This document shows, piece by piece, positions 41,701-55,420 of a stretch of 64,000 nucleotides of DNA. Both the position numbers and the translations under genes were made by a program. The stretch spans positions 62,496,001 to 62,560,000 of the forward strand of contig NC_043006.1 in the NCBI RefSeq assembly GCF_006345805.1. Direction: 5' to 3'. Source of the DNA: Octopus sinensis. Taxonomy: Eukaryota. The notes below the pieces were generated by a model. It saw only the letters and a list, made by a program, of their open reading frames with translations, was not told the origin of the DNA and did no database searches. Each line of letters opens with the position of its first letter. Position 1 is the first letter of the stretch.

Positions 41701-43460
41701 TTTAAGTACTGCTTCAATACACTACTCAGTAGTTGCAGAATCGTATATTAATAACACTTTATTTGTGAAAATCAAGGAACACGTTTCTATTGCAAATATT
41801 CATTCTATCCTATCAATATAAACTCATTTGATAAAATATCACTTCGTCTATTGTCTGAATTATTGTAGGAGTTTTTAAAATGAAATAACCTTTTCTTAAA
41901 TGCTTCAGTTATACCAGCATACGCAATATTTTAAATAGCATTTATTGCCAACAGAGCAACAATTTAAGGATTGGTGTTGGAGTGCAGTTTCAAGCTGCAG
42001 AATAGAAGATAAATATATATTTCCTTTGATATTACAGGAGCTAAAATCAGGCAATAATCTGACCTCATTCATTGCATATTTATGTATAGCTATGTGAAAA
42101 TGGCAATAACCGTTCGATCAAGCTTTCTACCAAAGAACACTAATGAATGCAGTCTGTTTATATTAACTTCTAAGCGATGAATAAAAAGTCTGATACTGCA
42201 TATAAACCAACACTCCAACTCCACATAATGTTATGCGTTTTATTTCCCACAATACTATGTCTATATACGTAAAGACATGTTTCACATGTATCTAGAGATC
42301 ATATTCTTTGAGAAAGTAATCAATCAATGAGCTTATTATTCATTACATTGTACATACAATAGTTTCTTCGTTCGATATCATGCACAGATCAATAAAAGTA
42401 CTGAATATATAAGGTAGAAGAATAGATGGAAAAAGAACTTTGGTTGTTCTTTTTAAATTCTTAGACAAAAATTCTTGCTTAGATGTAACGTACGACGAAT
42501 TTGAAAATCAAATATCATTTCTCTACGTCAGCAATGAAGAACTATATTTCATGCGACCTTACCAGGAAGAATCAGCCAGAGAGAAATCATTCTTCATTAA
42601 CCTATGATCATGCTATGAATTAATATGCAATTAAACAGTTTCCTTGACTGTTGTATATGATGTGAGACTATGAAAGTGATGTGAATGATGTTTAGATTTA
42701 GTATCTGCAGGTTGATGCCTAAAGTATAAAATAGGGACTAGTACAAGATTTTTATTGCTTTGCGATTATGCTTAGGATGGCTTCCGTGAAATACTTAATA
42801 CCGTACCTGGTATACAGTGTAAAATGAAACGCTGAAAGATGGACAGAAACTGGTGGATCAAACAAGATTTTAAGGACTTGAAAAGGAGTGAGAACCATTG
42901 TCATATGGGCATAAAATGTAGAGTGAAGAACTATCGAATAAATAAGTCATGGTTTAAGTATCTTGTGATGGTATATTGATAAATTAATCAAATCGCCTTC
43001 ACTTGGAAAGCACTGAGGTGTTTTGTGGATACTAGAAATACAAGCTTTCAAATCTTAGCAATAATCAGGTCTGTTTTAACTTGATATTTGTTGCTGGTCG
43101 GTTACTAATTACGGCTGATGTATTCTCGGATTCTCCATGCGAGTCTTAGCTGTTGTGATGCAGATTTGGCAATTACTCTGAGACATCTTTACAAATAGTT
43201 AGGTATAAAATTAAATTTGCAACACCATTTAGGTTTTGAGCTGCTTCTTCTCATTGAGAAAGAGTGGTATACAGCGATAAAATACATTATGCTATTAAAC
43301 TGTCTTTTTGTAGCTACCTGAGTAAGCCTTCTTATCTCGCTCAGCCCTCAGAATCAATGTACTCAAATATTTACGCACCAGAATACACACACGTGCGCAA
43401 AAGTACATGCACATGCATACATATAATATCGCATATGTGCCTGTATAAGCATACATATAA

Positions 43461-43678
43461 ATTCTTTTCTACTCTAGGTACAAGGCCCAACATTTTGGGG
43501 AAGGGGACCAGTCGATTAGATCGACCCCCAGTACGTAACTAGCACTTATTTATCGACCCCGAAAGGATGAAAGACAAATATGACCTCGGCGGAATTTGAA
43601 CTCCGAACGTAAAGACGGATGAAATCCCGCTAAGCATTTCGCCCGTCGTGCTAACGTTTCTGCCAGCTCGCCGCCTTA
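43461..43678 (-). mobile_element. tRNA-derived SINE family B with Nin/Deu-like central domain (decayed copies at 80-580, 33160-33610, 44340-44480)
   Basis: Minus strand ggcggcgagctggcagaaacgttagc..gagttcaaattccgccgaggtc..tttcatcctttcggggtcgataaataag. Confidence 0.85.
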
Positions 43679-44883
43679 AGCATACACAAAAATTCGTAAA
43701 ATTCTTAAGACGATTGAGAATTGAGTTGAATATTCTGCATTATATAATTTGACGGTAAAAACTTTCTCTTGAAATATCAATCAAGGTGTTCTTATAGACT
43801 CACTTGACTTATCAATTAAGCGGGTTGATAACATAATGTAATGGTGTTGAATGATTCGATGTCTTTATTCCTCAGTCGATAACGTATGAATAACATAACT
43901 AATTGTATATATATGTCATAAAAATATCTGATGTTACAAGAGTGTTTCATTTCGTTATTATAATGTATATTTTGCATTGTATAATATTATAATCATTCCT
44001 ATATATAACACTGAAGACATATCTATAGATTTTTACCTAACACTACGTTTTTCCTGATGGTAAGTGATGTGTAAATACAATAGGTTCGCGGACATTTTAA
44101 CTATGATCATTAATATCAATGGACAGATATTATGTATACTTAACACTTTCTTTGTAGCAAGGTAAAGCATTAAATTGCTGATAAGTTAAGTATTTCTTTT
44201 CGTTGCTGTATTGTACTATAGAACACAATTATAGATTTCAGAAAAAAGGCGTGTTAGGGCGAATGTAAATAATAAGCCTACAATAATTTTGGGAACAGAA
44301 ATATATACCAATGTGGATAAGTGAAACTCACACAACTAAAATATTAAGGGGTCGAACTGACCGAATCGTTAGATTTTGGGTCCAACTCAGCTTTCATGGG
44401 TGGATAAAACAAGAGCAAGTTCAAGCACAGGGTTCAAAACTGCCTCAAAACTGCTGATCCTGAGCCAAATTTAGAAAGATATAACTACACTTTAATATAA
44501 TTATCTACATTCCTCCATTGAACCGAACCTACTTTTAACCGCACGAGAAAACACCGTACTCTCACATTATCATTGGTATCTGAATGAACCCTCCCTTCAC
44601 TTTCTCACGCTCCTTTTATTCACTTTCCATTTCATCTAAGTGCCTCATTTTCCTTCATCACACATTTACCAACATTTTCTCTTTTCTCTTTAACATTTCA
44701 TTTTCCTTTAATTTGCCACGTCTATACTAACATATTTCTATATCCTTTCTATTTTTATCACAATATTTCCAAGACGTTATTTTCAGTTTTATTCTTATAA
44801 TATGTGAGTTGTTGGGTGTGATTTTGTGAATGTTAATTTTTTTCTGATATATGAATTATGTGATGTCTGACTAGCACAGTGTA

Positions 44884-44916
<33 letters not shown>

Positions 44917-45091
44917 TGTGTATATAATACATATGTACAAGTATATATTTATACACACCTATATACATATAGTTATGCCAACACAGACAAACACAAACAC
45001 AAATATAATATACAAGTATATATATTCACACGCTTCTATGGATATATGTATGTGCATGTATGTGTAAACTCGGGCATGCACTCACACACAT

Positions 45092-45122
<31 letters not shown>

Positions 45123-45160
45123 CACACACATCCACACACTCAAACATACATATGCATTTA

Positions 45161-45585
45161 GAAATTACAATTATGCCTAGGAACGTAATTGTGAGGAGCG
45201 GTATGCAAAAAGAACGTAGTGGTATGAAAATTTGACATTTGGAAGTCGCTTATTTTTTGCGGTTCTGAACTAAGATAATCGACACACATTACAAATGTTC
45301 ACGTGTACGTTAATACTTTCAGTGTGTTATTTTATGTTAAATACTCATATACATATACACGCAACATATGTGTGTTTATCTGTGCGTGTGTGTGTGTGTG
45401 TGTGTGTGTCCGTATTTATCTAAAATATCGAATGCAAATTGTTAATGTACATACAGATATATGTATATTTTGTTATTTAACAAGTCAAAAGAATATAACT
45501 TCATGAAAATGTCAAATTTCCATACCACTACGTAATTCTGCATACCCTGACCCACAAGCACGCTTCTATGATTAATTGCAATTTG
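45161..45585. repeat. MITE-like element with ~80-bp inverted ends
   Basis: ggtatgcaaaaagaacgtagtggtatgaaaatttgacattt / aaatgtcaaatttccataccactacgtaattctgcatacc. Confidence 0.7.
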
Positions 45586-46973
45586 GAATTACATGTCCCT
45601 GTGCAACCAACCAATTACTAATTTTTTTCCCTTTATTCTCAATTTTGTTACACACACACACACTCTCTCTCTTTTGATGTCTCTTCCTCTCTCTCTCTCT
45701 CTCTATGTCATTATTTCTCTTTCTCTCTCACCCTCACTCCTTTTTTACCCACTACCTTTATTTGTGTCTGTCTGTGTGTGTGTGTGTGTGTGTGTGTGCA
45801 TCCGTATCTATCATTTTTCTTCTGCATCATTGTAGCTTGAATTGACACGCAGTTTGTAATAGTATTATGGATGCACACATCATACTGACATATATTACCA
45901 GTTTTTTCTTTACGAAGAATACAGTTTTGTTACATCTAAGTATTACAGAAATACTCATAGACACCTGCTTCACTTTACGTTTAGGACGCGTGCTTATTAC
46001 AACTAGAGGTTGATAAAATACTGTTTTCTTGCTGGTTCAGATTTTCTTGCTCCGATTTAGTTGAAAAAAGATACGCATTTCTAACGGGGAAAACTATCAG
46101 ATTGCCACTTTGCTGGAAATAGCCAATATTTCTCAAGAAATAACCTATTAACTTGAGAAACGAACGCCATCATTATATAATTCTGTCTCTGATGTTGCTG
46201 TGAGCATTTGGATTCTGACATGAATGTCTGCAAATATGGATGAGCTTTTCAATATATCAATATCTACCGGATTGTAGTACCATTGATGAGTGGTGGTCTA
46301 CGCTAGAATATAACTGAAGTGATTTTCAGTCTTTCATGAGTACCTGTGACGGTAGAGACTGTCATTCCTTAATTAGAATGTTATGAAAATAACCAATCGA
46401 ATAGCAAATACCATGTGTAAAAGCTAAGTGAATGAAATGGTTAGGAACCATGAATTAGTGAATAAACATGTTGTTTCATTAAGTAATATATCTAAAACTT
46501 CAAATCCCATGCATTTGGTACAATTGTGTTTAATAGGTTGATAACCAATTATAGAATTGAATCAATCACACATTTCGAAATATATTTCGACTCATTGATA
46601 AAGTATGTGTGAGCTATTGATTATTGCCGATCGTTTGCTCATTTTGCTTTGATTCAAGCTTTAAAATATTATGAGCTGATAATCAATATGGATCGTGAAT
46701 AAATATATATAAAAACTTTACTAAATAAATATGTTGCGGATATTAAATAAATTGATAAACACGAACATACCTGCTTATAATTTTGGATTAAGAGTTGGAA
46801 ATGTGAGTTATTTTCTTTTACTTTGTTTGGTAATGGAAGGAAATTGTAACAAATTACCGTTACATGTGTGTAAATATATATTATGTGAGCGTGCAAGTAT
46901 ATAAAGAGAGAGAGTGAAAGGGAGAGAGAGAGAGAGAGAGAACAGGAGAGGGTAGAGTCACATCAACATTATA

Positions 46974-47072
<99 letters not shown>

Positions 47073-47369
47073 GTATTATATATATAATTCAATTTTGGAT
47101 TTGGTTTGCACGATTCTTTATGTGGATTTGTATGTTGAAGTATTTTCTTAATATTCTGAAATACCTAATAAATTCTTATAAAGATTTTATCCTATTTTTA
47201 AATTACACACACACACACACACATATATATATGCATACACACATACACACACATATATATACATACACAGATATAGACACACACACACACATATATATGC
47301 ATATACACATACAATATATGTACATACTTACATATATATATATGCATATATATAGTTACATATATGGTT

Positions 47370-48700
47370 ACAGGACGTCAGGAAACGTAAACAACAGGAA
47401 ATACAAAGACAACATGAATTCCGAAATACGAAAATGACATAAAATACGAGCCAAATTTGTATATATGAACACAAATGGGAAACAAGACAATTAACATATA
47501 CAAGTAACATACAGAGCTGTTCATCCACTCCACATTTCGAAAAATTCACGACAATATGATGCTTCGAAAAACAATTGGTCCAGCGAACCAAAATACAATT
47601 TGGGATTTTGTGGAGGGTCAAACCTGGTAAAAAAAAACAGGACAAAGAACACATACAAAAAACCAAACGAAATAATCATGGGGGGGCCGTCAGGCCTAGG
47701 TAAGGTAGCGAATGCGGAAGAATATTGTCTTTGACAAAAGAAAGGATATAAGAGGAGACAGATAAGCATACGTCTGGTCTGTGCGACAGATTGAAGGAAA
47801 AGAAATATGATCACGTGAGGTAAAGAGAGATGCACGATGGTCACGTGTGAGCAACGGGAGGGAGGGAGGTAGAGAGAGAGAGACGGACAGAAAACGGTGA
47901 AATGGAGAAAAAAGAATTAGAGAAGGAAGAGGGAGAAAACGACATGGGGAGAGAGAAAACAGAATGCATATATATATATATATATATAATATATATATAT
48001 ATTATTATTATTATTATTATTATTATATGATTGAACGCCACGCATTTATTTCCAAGTAAGCTTATCTTAATAATTTTGATGCGACTCTACCTTCTACTGT
48101 CTTCTCTCTCCTTCTTTCGTTTTCTATCTCATCTCTAATTCTTTTTCTCCCGTCCCCCCCCTTCTATTTCTTCTCTCTCATCCTTTCTCTAATTCATTTT
48201 TCTCCCATTCACCGTTTTCTATCTGTCTGTCTCTTTCTCTTCTCATCTTACTCTCTCACTCTTTACACACATGTGACCATTGTCCATCTTCCTTTTCCTC
48301 ACATGATCTTATTTTGTTTCCTCACCTGATCATCTTTCTTTTCTTTCCCTCTGTCGCACAGACCAGACGCATTCTTATCTGACTCCTCTCTTATCCTTTC
48401 TCTTGTCAAAGATAATACTACTGCGTATTCTCTACCTTACCTCGTCTGGCCCAAGGACCTCCACGTTTGCTTTCGCTTCGTTTGTTCTATGTGTCCAGTG
48501 GCCTGCTTTTTTTTACCAACTTTGACCCTCTGCAAAATCCCAAATCTATTTTTCGAAGCCTCATATTGTCGTGAATTGCTTCAAATGGGGAGTAGGTGAG
48601 CAGCCGACAACTTGTCTTGTTTTCCATTTAGTTCACTCGTTGTGTGCATACCCAATTTTGCCTCGTATTTCATGTTGTTTTCGTATTTCATGATGCCCTA
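47370..48700. repeat. Two diverged inverted copies (~600 bp) of one repeat family around a (TA)n/(TTA)n spacer; a related piece is at 9645-9900
   Basis: For example cgtctggtctgtgcgacaga (47771) vs tctgtcgcacagaccagacg (48350), and gaaaacggtgaa vs ttcaccgttttc. Confidence 0.8.
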
Positions 48701-48730
48701 AACCTATATATGCATTTATATGCATATATA

Positions 48731-48794
<64 letters not shown>

Positions 48795-48896
48795 GGAGTA
48801 CAGGTTTTGTTGAATTTTCTGATGCTTTAAATAAAGTATATATATATATATATATATATAGAGAAAGAAAGTTTGTTTGGTAAAGCACGTGGGTGA

Positions 48897-50606
48897 ATAT
48901 ATAAGAAAATAGTAAAGTGTGAAAAAACGACAGAAGGCTTAATTGTTAAAAAATATATATATTTGTGTCAAAATGTCTGGAGAATATTGGACAATTTTTT
49001 TTCCCTTTCCTTAAAATGACATAATTTTAAAATTTTTAAAGAAATTACCGGTTTCGCGTGTAGCTTTTCAAATTTCTTGTGACGTTATGTTTATATTGCA
49101 TGGAATTATCGTTGTTTTTATTTCCAGGAGATTTCTAATAAGGGGAGGTAGTGAGTGATTTTTTCCGTGTAGGGGAGATAATCGCTTAAAAATTTTTTTT
49201 TCCCTTTTCCTTGTTAATTTCTCTGTGTCAGTATGTTCGGATGGTTGAGTCTGGGTTTGTACTTTTCAATGAAGAATGTTTCCTTGTTCAGTCTCATTTG
49301 TGTTGATGATCCGAAAGCACATTGGTAAACTGGGAAGATTAAAAATTGTGGCAGTAGTTGCTTTGCGCATTTCTCAATGTGCTCACTAAAAGGTATCATT
49401 CTATATTCTGGGAATGCAATCTGTTGTCGATGCAGTGTGCATCTGCGCCTGAGTGATAGTCCCGTGGAACCCACGTAGTCTTGGTGGCAGCCCGAGCATT
49501 TAATAACATAAATTATGTTTTCAGAGGCACAAGTAAAGTTAGATTTGATCTAAATTTCTGTCCCTCTTTAAAGAAGAATTCTGATCCTTCCAATAGGTTA
49601 GGACATGTTGCACAGTTCGATCTACCACATTTTTTTACTTTTGCATCCGTAATTTTAGAAGACATTTTGCCTTTGTGAGAATCTTTTTAAGTGATTTAGG
49701 CTGTTTGTAGCTTTTAATGATTTGGTGTATGTTTAGAATTTCCTTTAATTTTGGGTTTTTATGAAGTATGGTAAATCTGGGTGATGATGGTGAAGGCTTC
49801 TTTGTTTCTGGGTTGTATGTAGATATGTAAGGTAGTATTTTCGGGGAAGGTGTGTTGTTGTGTTGAACTTTTCTTAAAGTTTCTATGTTGATTTCTGTTG
49901 CACGTCTGATCCCATCCTCTATGTCTGTCAATTAGGGTGTTTTTGAGTTCTTGCAGTCTAAAGTTCCTGGTATTTTGTTCTGACACTATTGTGCATATCC
50001 TTCTTGCAAGGTTGAAGGGGATGTTTGTTTTAGTGTGTCTTGGGTGGCATGAATTAAAAAGAAGGTATTGTTTGGCGTCTGTGGCTTTGTAAAAAATGTC
50101 TGTTTCTATTTTAAGGTTAATTTTTTTAATTAGTATATCCAAGAACGGGAGCTCCTTTTGGTTGTATTCCATTGTGAACTGTATATTTGGGTTTATGCTG
50201 TTCAATAGGTTTTTAAATTTTGGGAGTTTATCTATGTTTTCATTCCAGAGAATGAAACAATCGTCTAGGAATCGTTTCCAATTCTCTTTTATGTATTGAG
50301 AGAGGGAGTTTCCAAAGATTGATAGAGATTCCGGTAAATGATTATTTCCATGTATCCCATTGTTAAGTTCGCAATGACTGGTGCTGCCCTTGTACCCATA
50401 GCAATTCCGGATTTTTGACGGTAAAATGTATTGTCAAACATGAAGTGGTTATTGTGTAGGATGAATTCAATTGATTTAGTAATGAATCCTTACTGATCCT
50501 TTTGGTATTTCTACCGGAAATTGGTCTAACCAGAATTGTATTGCCTCCAGTCCATAATTATGAGGATACTGGTATACAAGTTGACTAAATCAAATGAAAC
50601 CAGGAT
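48897..50606 (-). mobile_element. Inverted near-identical copy of the same Penelope-like element (left arm of palindrome)
   Basis: Reverse complement of 50654-52385 apart from small indels; minus-strand ORFs 49759-50205 and 49214-49474 encode the same RT thumb and GIY-YIG segments. Confidence 0.93.
49039..49078 (-). ncRNA. Mirror copy of the U3:A8 minimal hammerhead
   Basis: Exact reverse complement of 52209-52248. Confidence 0.75.
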
Positions 50607-52385
50607 GACTTAGATATGTTAAACCACCTTCCCAAAAAACCAAGGAAGAAACAATCCTGGTTTCATTTGATGTAGTCAACTTGTATACCAGTATACCTCA
50701 TAATTATGGACTGGAGGCAATACAATTCTGGTAGACAATTTTCGGAAGAAGAAGAAATAAAAAGGATCAGTAAGGAATTCATTACTAAATCAATTGAATT
50801 CATCCTACACAATAACCACTTCATGTTTGACAATACATTTTACCGTCAAAAATCCGGAATTGCTATGGGTACAAGGGCAGCACCAGTCATTGCGAACTTA
50901 ACAATGGGATACATGGAAATAATCATTTACCAGGAATCTCTATCAATCTTTGGAAACTCCCTCTCTCAATACATAAAAGAGAATTGGAAACGATTCCTAG
51001 ACGATTGTTTCATTCTCTGGAATGAAAACATAGATAACTCCTAAAATTTAAAAAACCTATTGAACAGCATAAACCCAAATATACAGTTCACAATGGAATA
51101 CAACCAAAAGGAGCTCCCGTTCTTGGATATACTAATTAAAAAATTAACCTTAAAATAGAAACAGACATTTTTTACAAAGCCACAGACGCCAAACAATACC
51201 TTCTTTTTAATTCATGCCACCCAAGACACACTAAAACAAACATCCCCTTCAACCTTGCAAGAAGGATATGCACAATAGTGTCAGAACAAAAACCAGGAAC
51301 TTTAGACTGCAAGAACTCAAAAACACCCTAATTGACAGACATTACCCAGCTCAACTCATAGAGGATGGGATCAGACGTGCAACAGAAATCAACATAGAAA
51401 CTTAAGAAAAGTTCAACACAACAACACACCTTCCCCGAAAATACTACCTTACATATCTACATACAACCCCAGAAACAAAGAAGCCTTCACCATCATCACC
51501 CAGAATTTACCAATACTTCATAAAAACCCAAAATTAAAGGAAATTCTAAACATACACCAAATCATTAAAAGCTACAAACAGCCTAAATCACTTAAAAAGA
51601 TTCTCACAAAGGCAAAATTGTCTTCTAAAATTACGGATGCAAAAGTAAAAAAATGTGGTAGATCGAACTGTGCAACATGTCCTAACCTATTGGAAGGATC
51701 AGAATTCTTCTTTAAAGAGGGACAGAAATTTAAGATCAAATCTAACTTTACTTGTGCCTCTGAAAACATAATTTATGTTATTAAATGCTCGGGCTGCCAC
51801 CAAGACTACGTGGGTTCCACGGGACTATCACTCAGGCGCAGATGCACACTGCATCGACAACAGATTGCATTCCCAGAATATAGAATGATACCTTTTAGTG
51901 AGCACATTGAGAAATGCGCAAAGCAACTACTGCCACAATTTTTAATCTTCCCAGTTTACCAATGTGCTTTCGGATCATCAACACAAATGAGACTGAACAG
52001 GAAACATTCTTCATTGAAAAGTACAAACCCAGACTCAACCATCCGAACATACTGACACAGAGAAATAACAAGGAGGAAAAGGAAAAAAAAAATTTTTAAG
52101 CGATTATCTCCCCTACACCGGAAAAAATCACTCACTACCTCCCCTTATTTAGAAATCTCCTGGAAATAAAAACAACGATAATTCCATGCAATATAAACAT
52201 AACGTCACAAGAAATTTGAAAAGCTACACGCGAAACCGGTAATTTCTTTAAAATTTTAAAATTATGTCATTTTAAGGAAAGGGAAAAAAAATTTGTCCAA
52301 TATTCTCCAGACATTTTGACACAAATATATATATTTTTTAACAATTAAGCCTTCTGTCGTTTTTTCACACTTTACTATTTTCTTA
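50602..52385 (+). mobile_element. Penelope-like retroelement (Neptune-type), 5'-truncated: RT C-terminal part + Zn-finger + GIY-YIG endonuclease + 3' terminal repeat
   Basis: Frameshifted translation gives DDLDMLNHLP..ILVSFDVVNLYTSIP, QKSGIAMGTRAAPVIANLTMG, WKRFLDDCFILW, LPFLDILI (PLE RT). These are followed by KKCGRSNCATC (Zn finger) and NIIYVIKCSGCHQDYVGSTG..RRRCTLH (GIY-YIG). Confidence 0.93.
52209..52248 (+). ncRNA. Minimal type-I hammerhead ribozyme, U3:A8 core variant, in PLE 3' terminal repeat
   Basis: aagaaat-TTGAAAA-gc(tacac)gc-GAAA-ccgg-TA-atttctt: 7-bp stem I, UUGAAAA core, 2-bp stem II, palindromic ACCGGT stem III. Confidence 0.75.
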
Positions 52386-52399
52386 TATATATATATATA

Positions 52400-52733
52400 A
52401 AAGGGGGGTAAAGACACCCTTCGGTCATGATTGACCATGGGTTTGCACCTAGAGAGTTACCCTCTGAGGCACAAGTCTGGGCAAGGTTGTTTTTATGGAA
52501 GACCAGTAGTCGCCCATGCATACCGGCCTCCCCTCTCCACGCCACCAGTGTTATCCAAGGGAAAGACAAAGGTCGATACAGCTTGGCACCTGTGACGTCG
52601 CAACTCATTTCTACAGCTGAGTGAACTGGAGCAACGTGAAATAAAGTGTCTTGCTCAAGAACACAGCACGCAGCCCGGTCCGGGATTCGAACTTACAACC
52701 TCACGATCGTAAGCTCGACGCTCTAACCACTGA

Positions 52734-52737
<4 letters not shown>
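52400..52737 (-). mobile_element. tRNA-derived SINE family D
   Basis: Minus strand tggctcagtggttagagc..gttcgaatccc..ttcttgagcaagacactttatttcacgttgctccagttcactcagctg; flanked by (TA)n. Confidence 0.85.
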
Positions 52738-52777
<40 letters not shown>

Positions 52778-53340
52778 ATATATGTATGTAAACATAAACA
52801 TAAACACACAAAGACGTATATCCTTACGTCTATATAAAACGTAGAAAACTGTCAGCCATAATGGTCAATATACGTAAATTGGTGTCGCTTGCGCAGTGAT
52901 TGTGAACTTGTATTTTCTATCCATACTATTCATATTGTGGTTTTATTATATATATATTCTACACTATTCTGTAATGCCGTTAAAAACATTTTTCATAGAA
53001 TTTATGTGTGCTATTTGCAAACTAATGTTACTACAATCGAAAATTTTTATAACGTAATATTTTGAAAGGATTTGTGTGTGGAGATGTGGAGATGTGAGAA
53101 AGTTTATTGCGAATGTAGATCTAAGTATATATGTGTAAATATACGTATACCCACAGACAGAGACACACATAGGCAATCGTACGAACACACCTTTGTATGT
53201 CCCAGTGTGTTTGAATATCTATGGATATGTATCGTCTATACACATTTGAATATATATAAATATATCTATACATCATACACATATACACACTTATATATGT
53301 AGAAAGAAATGTGTATATGAAGAGGCAGAGTTAAATATAT

Positions 53341-53388
<48 letters not shown>

Positions 53389-53780
53389 ATATATATATAT
53401 ATATATGGGGAGAGGGAGAGAAACAGAGGGAGAAAAAGACAGAAAGAAAGATCTTAATGTAGAATATCTTCGGGGATATTTACGTATATCATTTCGTGTA
53501 AAAATAGTTTGGTGCTCAATAAAACAGTCTATTTTAAATTAGTATTATTATTTTCTGAATCCTTCTTAATATTATTTATTAGCTTATAATGAAAAAGAAT
53601 CATTATTTTATATATTCACATTTATTACGAGCATAACTGATGTCGGGTGTTTCCTTTCACAAACAATAAGAAAGTAGAAACCAAAGCGTTTAAAGTAAAG
53701 ACATTTTGAAAAACTGTTGACAAGGAGACAAGATTTGTTCTGCAAAAGTAATTATCGTCTTTGTACGATACACACACACA

Positions 53781-53809
<29 letters not shown>

Positions 53810-53811
<2 letters not shown>

Positions 53812-54410
53812 AGGCTGCGATGTATATAATGTCTAAATTACGCAAAAATGAAAATGACACTGACATCTCATTTTAACAGATATATTTACCAAAATTACAT
53901 AAAAATATCTTGAAATACTACAGACCAAATTTATTGAATAAAATCGCCATTTACTTCAATCACCTCCTCCAGACGACTTTGAAATCTACTGCGACTCTTC
54001 TGGACGGTCTCTTTCTTTAAATTGGTGAATGCTGCCATAATCCTTGCTTTCAGTTCATCTTTGGTGTTACAAGGAGTTTTGTTGGTCTCTCGCTCAGCTG
54101 CGCCCCACACATAATTATCAAGTGTGTGCAGTCTGGGGTATTAGGTGGCCAGATGTTAGGGTTAATTTTCTCGCACTGGCAACCATGACTGGGTTTTCCT
54201 ACTTGTGTGGCATGGTGTAGTGTCCTGTTGTACGACATATTGTCTTCCAACAGCCAGCCTCCTGACCCAGGACAGCACCTCCTTCTCCAGAAACTTGATG
54301 TAGGCCTCTGCGTCCGAATAGGAAGATGAATGGGGACATAACGTTGCCATCACTAGTGATCACTCCAAACACCATGATGTTGATTGGATGTTTGGTTTTT
54401 ATCACTTCCC
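53810..54410 (-). mobile_element. maT/DD37D-like transposon 3' half
   Basis: KTKHPINIMVFGVITSDGNVMSPFIF, YVVQQDTTPCHT, WPPNTPDC. Confidence 0.85.
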
Positions 54411-54429
54411 GTATATGTCCTCAAATTGC

Positions 54430-55420
54430 ACACAAACACTGAAATATTCTCGTTTGTATACCTCAATGCCCACTGACATTTCCACATTAAACCAGCTCTT
54501 CCTCTGTAAGGATAGAAAGGAACTCTTCATATCGACTCCGACAAAACTTGATATTAACGCCATTCTGTAGACAATTCTTCTCTTTCAAACAGTTCTGCAG
54601 AGTATTTTGTGAGGTTGAAGTCTCGAACTATAACATTCAGCGACATATGGGTGAAATGTTGAGGTAAAGTCTCAATTGAAATGTCTTGATTTCTAGTGTC
54701 ATCTTCAGGTGATTGATCTTCTTTGGTTGAGGGTAAAGTTACCATGGACAAGACATTGAAGGAGAACAGGAAGTTCTTCACAGTGTGAAACCGGACTAAT
54801 AGCAGAAGCAAGATTAGGATAGACAAGACTTTGTCGATTTTTACGGTGAATACACTTCAAATTTAGATTACAAAAATAGCAGTCGTCCACGTAATTATAG
54901 CGTTCCTACCATATCATTGGTATAGCAAACCTCATACTTTTCCTTTTCCCTTTAGTCCTTTGTCGCAAATGTCCTGTACGTTGTTTGAAGATACTATGCG
55001 GTGCCCAGTATTTATCTTGGTCTCCCAGCTTGGCCTCAAAATATGCCATATACGATCTTTCAACGAAATCAGTTATGCTATTTTTGATTTTCAAGTAATG
55101 TGTATTCACCGCAAACATAGCAAAACACATTTGCAGAATTAACTCAACACATTCTTGAAGAGGACACCTTACTCATTTTCTATTGCTTAGTTCAACCCAA
55201 CATATAAAAAAGATGGGAAAAGTAAAAACTCAGAATTAGAATAAATTAACGGACACTGCGCACTGAACTACATACATACATAGTGACTGTTGAGATTTTC
55301 AATAACTAAAATACTAGACCTGATAGGTCAAATAGAAAGTAATATTTGGATTCAAGAGACCGATTTTGAATAGGAATGATGTCTATTCCCTAAACACCTA
55401 AAAACTTGTAGACCAGTCTG
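54430..55420 (-). mobile_element. Chapaev3-type (CMC) transposon 5' part
   Basis: VFCYVCGEYT..YMAYFEAKLGDQDKYWAPH..FAIPMIW..DDCYFC (Chapa-type Zn finger); terminus-like sequence at 55400-55420. Confidence 0.75.

Noticed and set aside
52670-52737. tRNA-like sequence with A and B boxes
   Set aside because: It continues into a SINE body and lacks a proper acceptor stem; it is a SINE head, not a tRNA gene.
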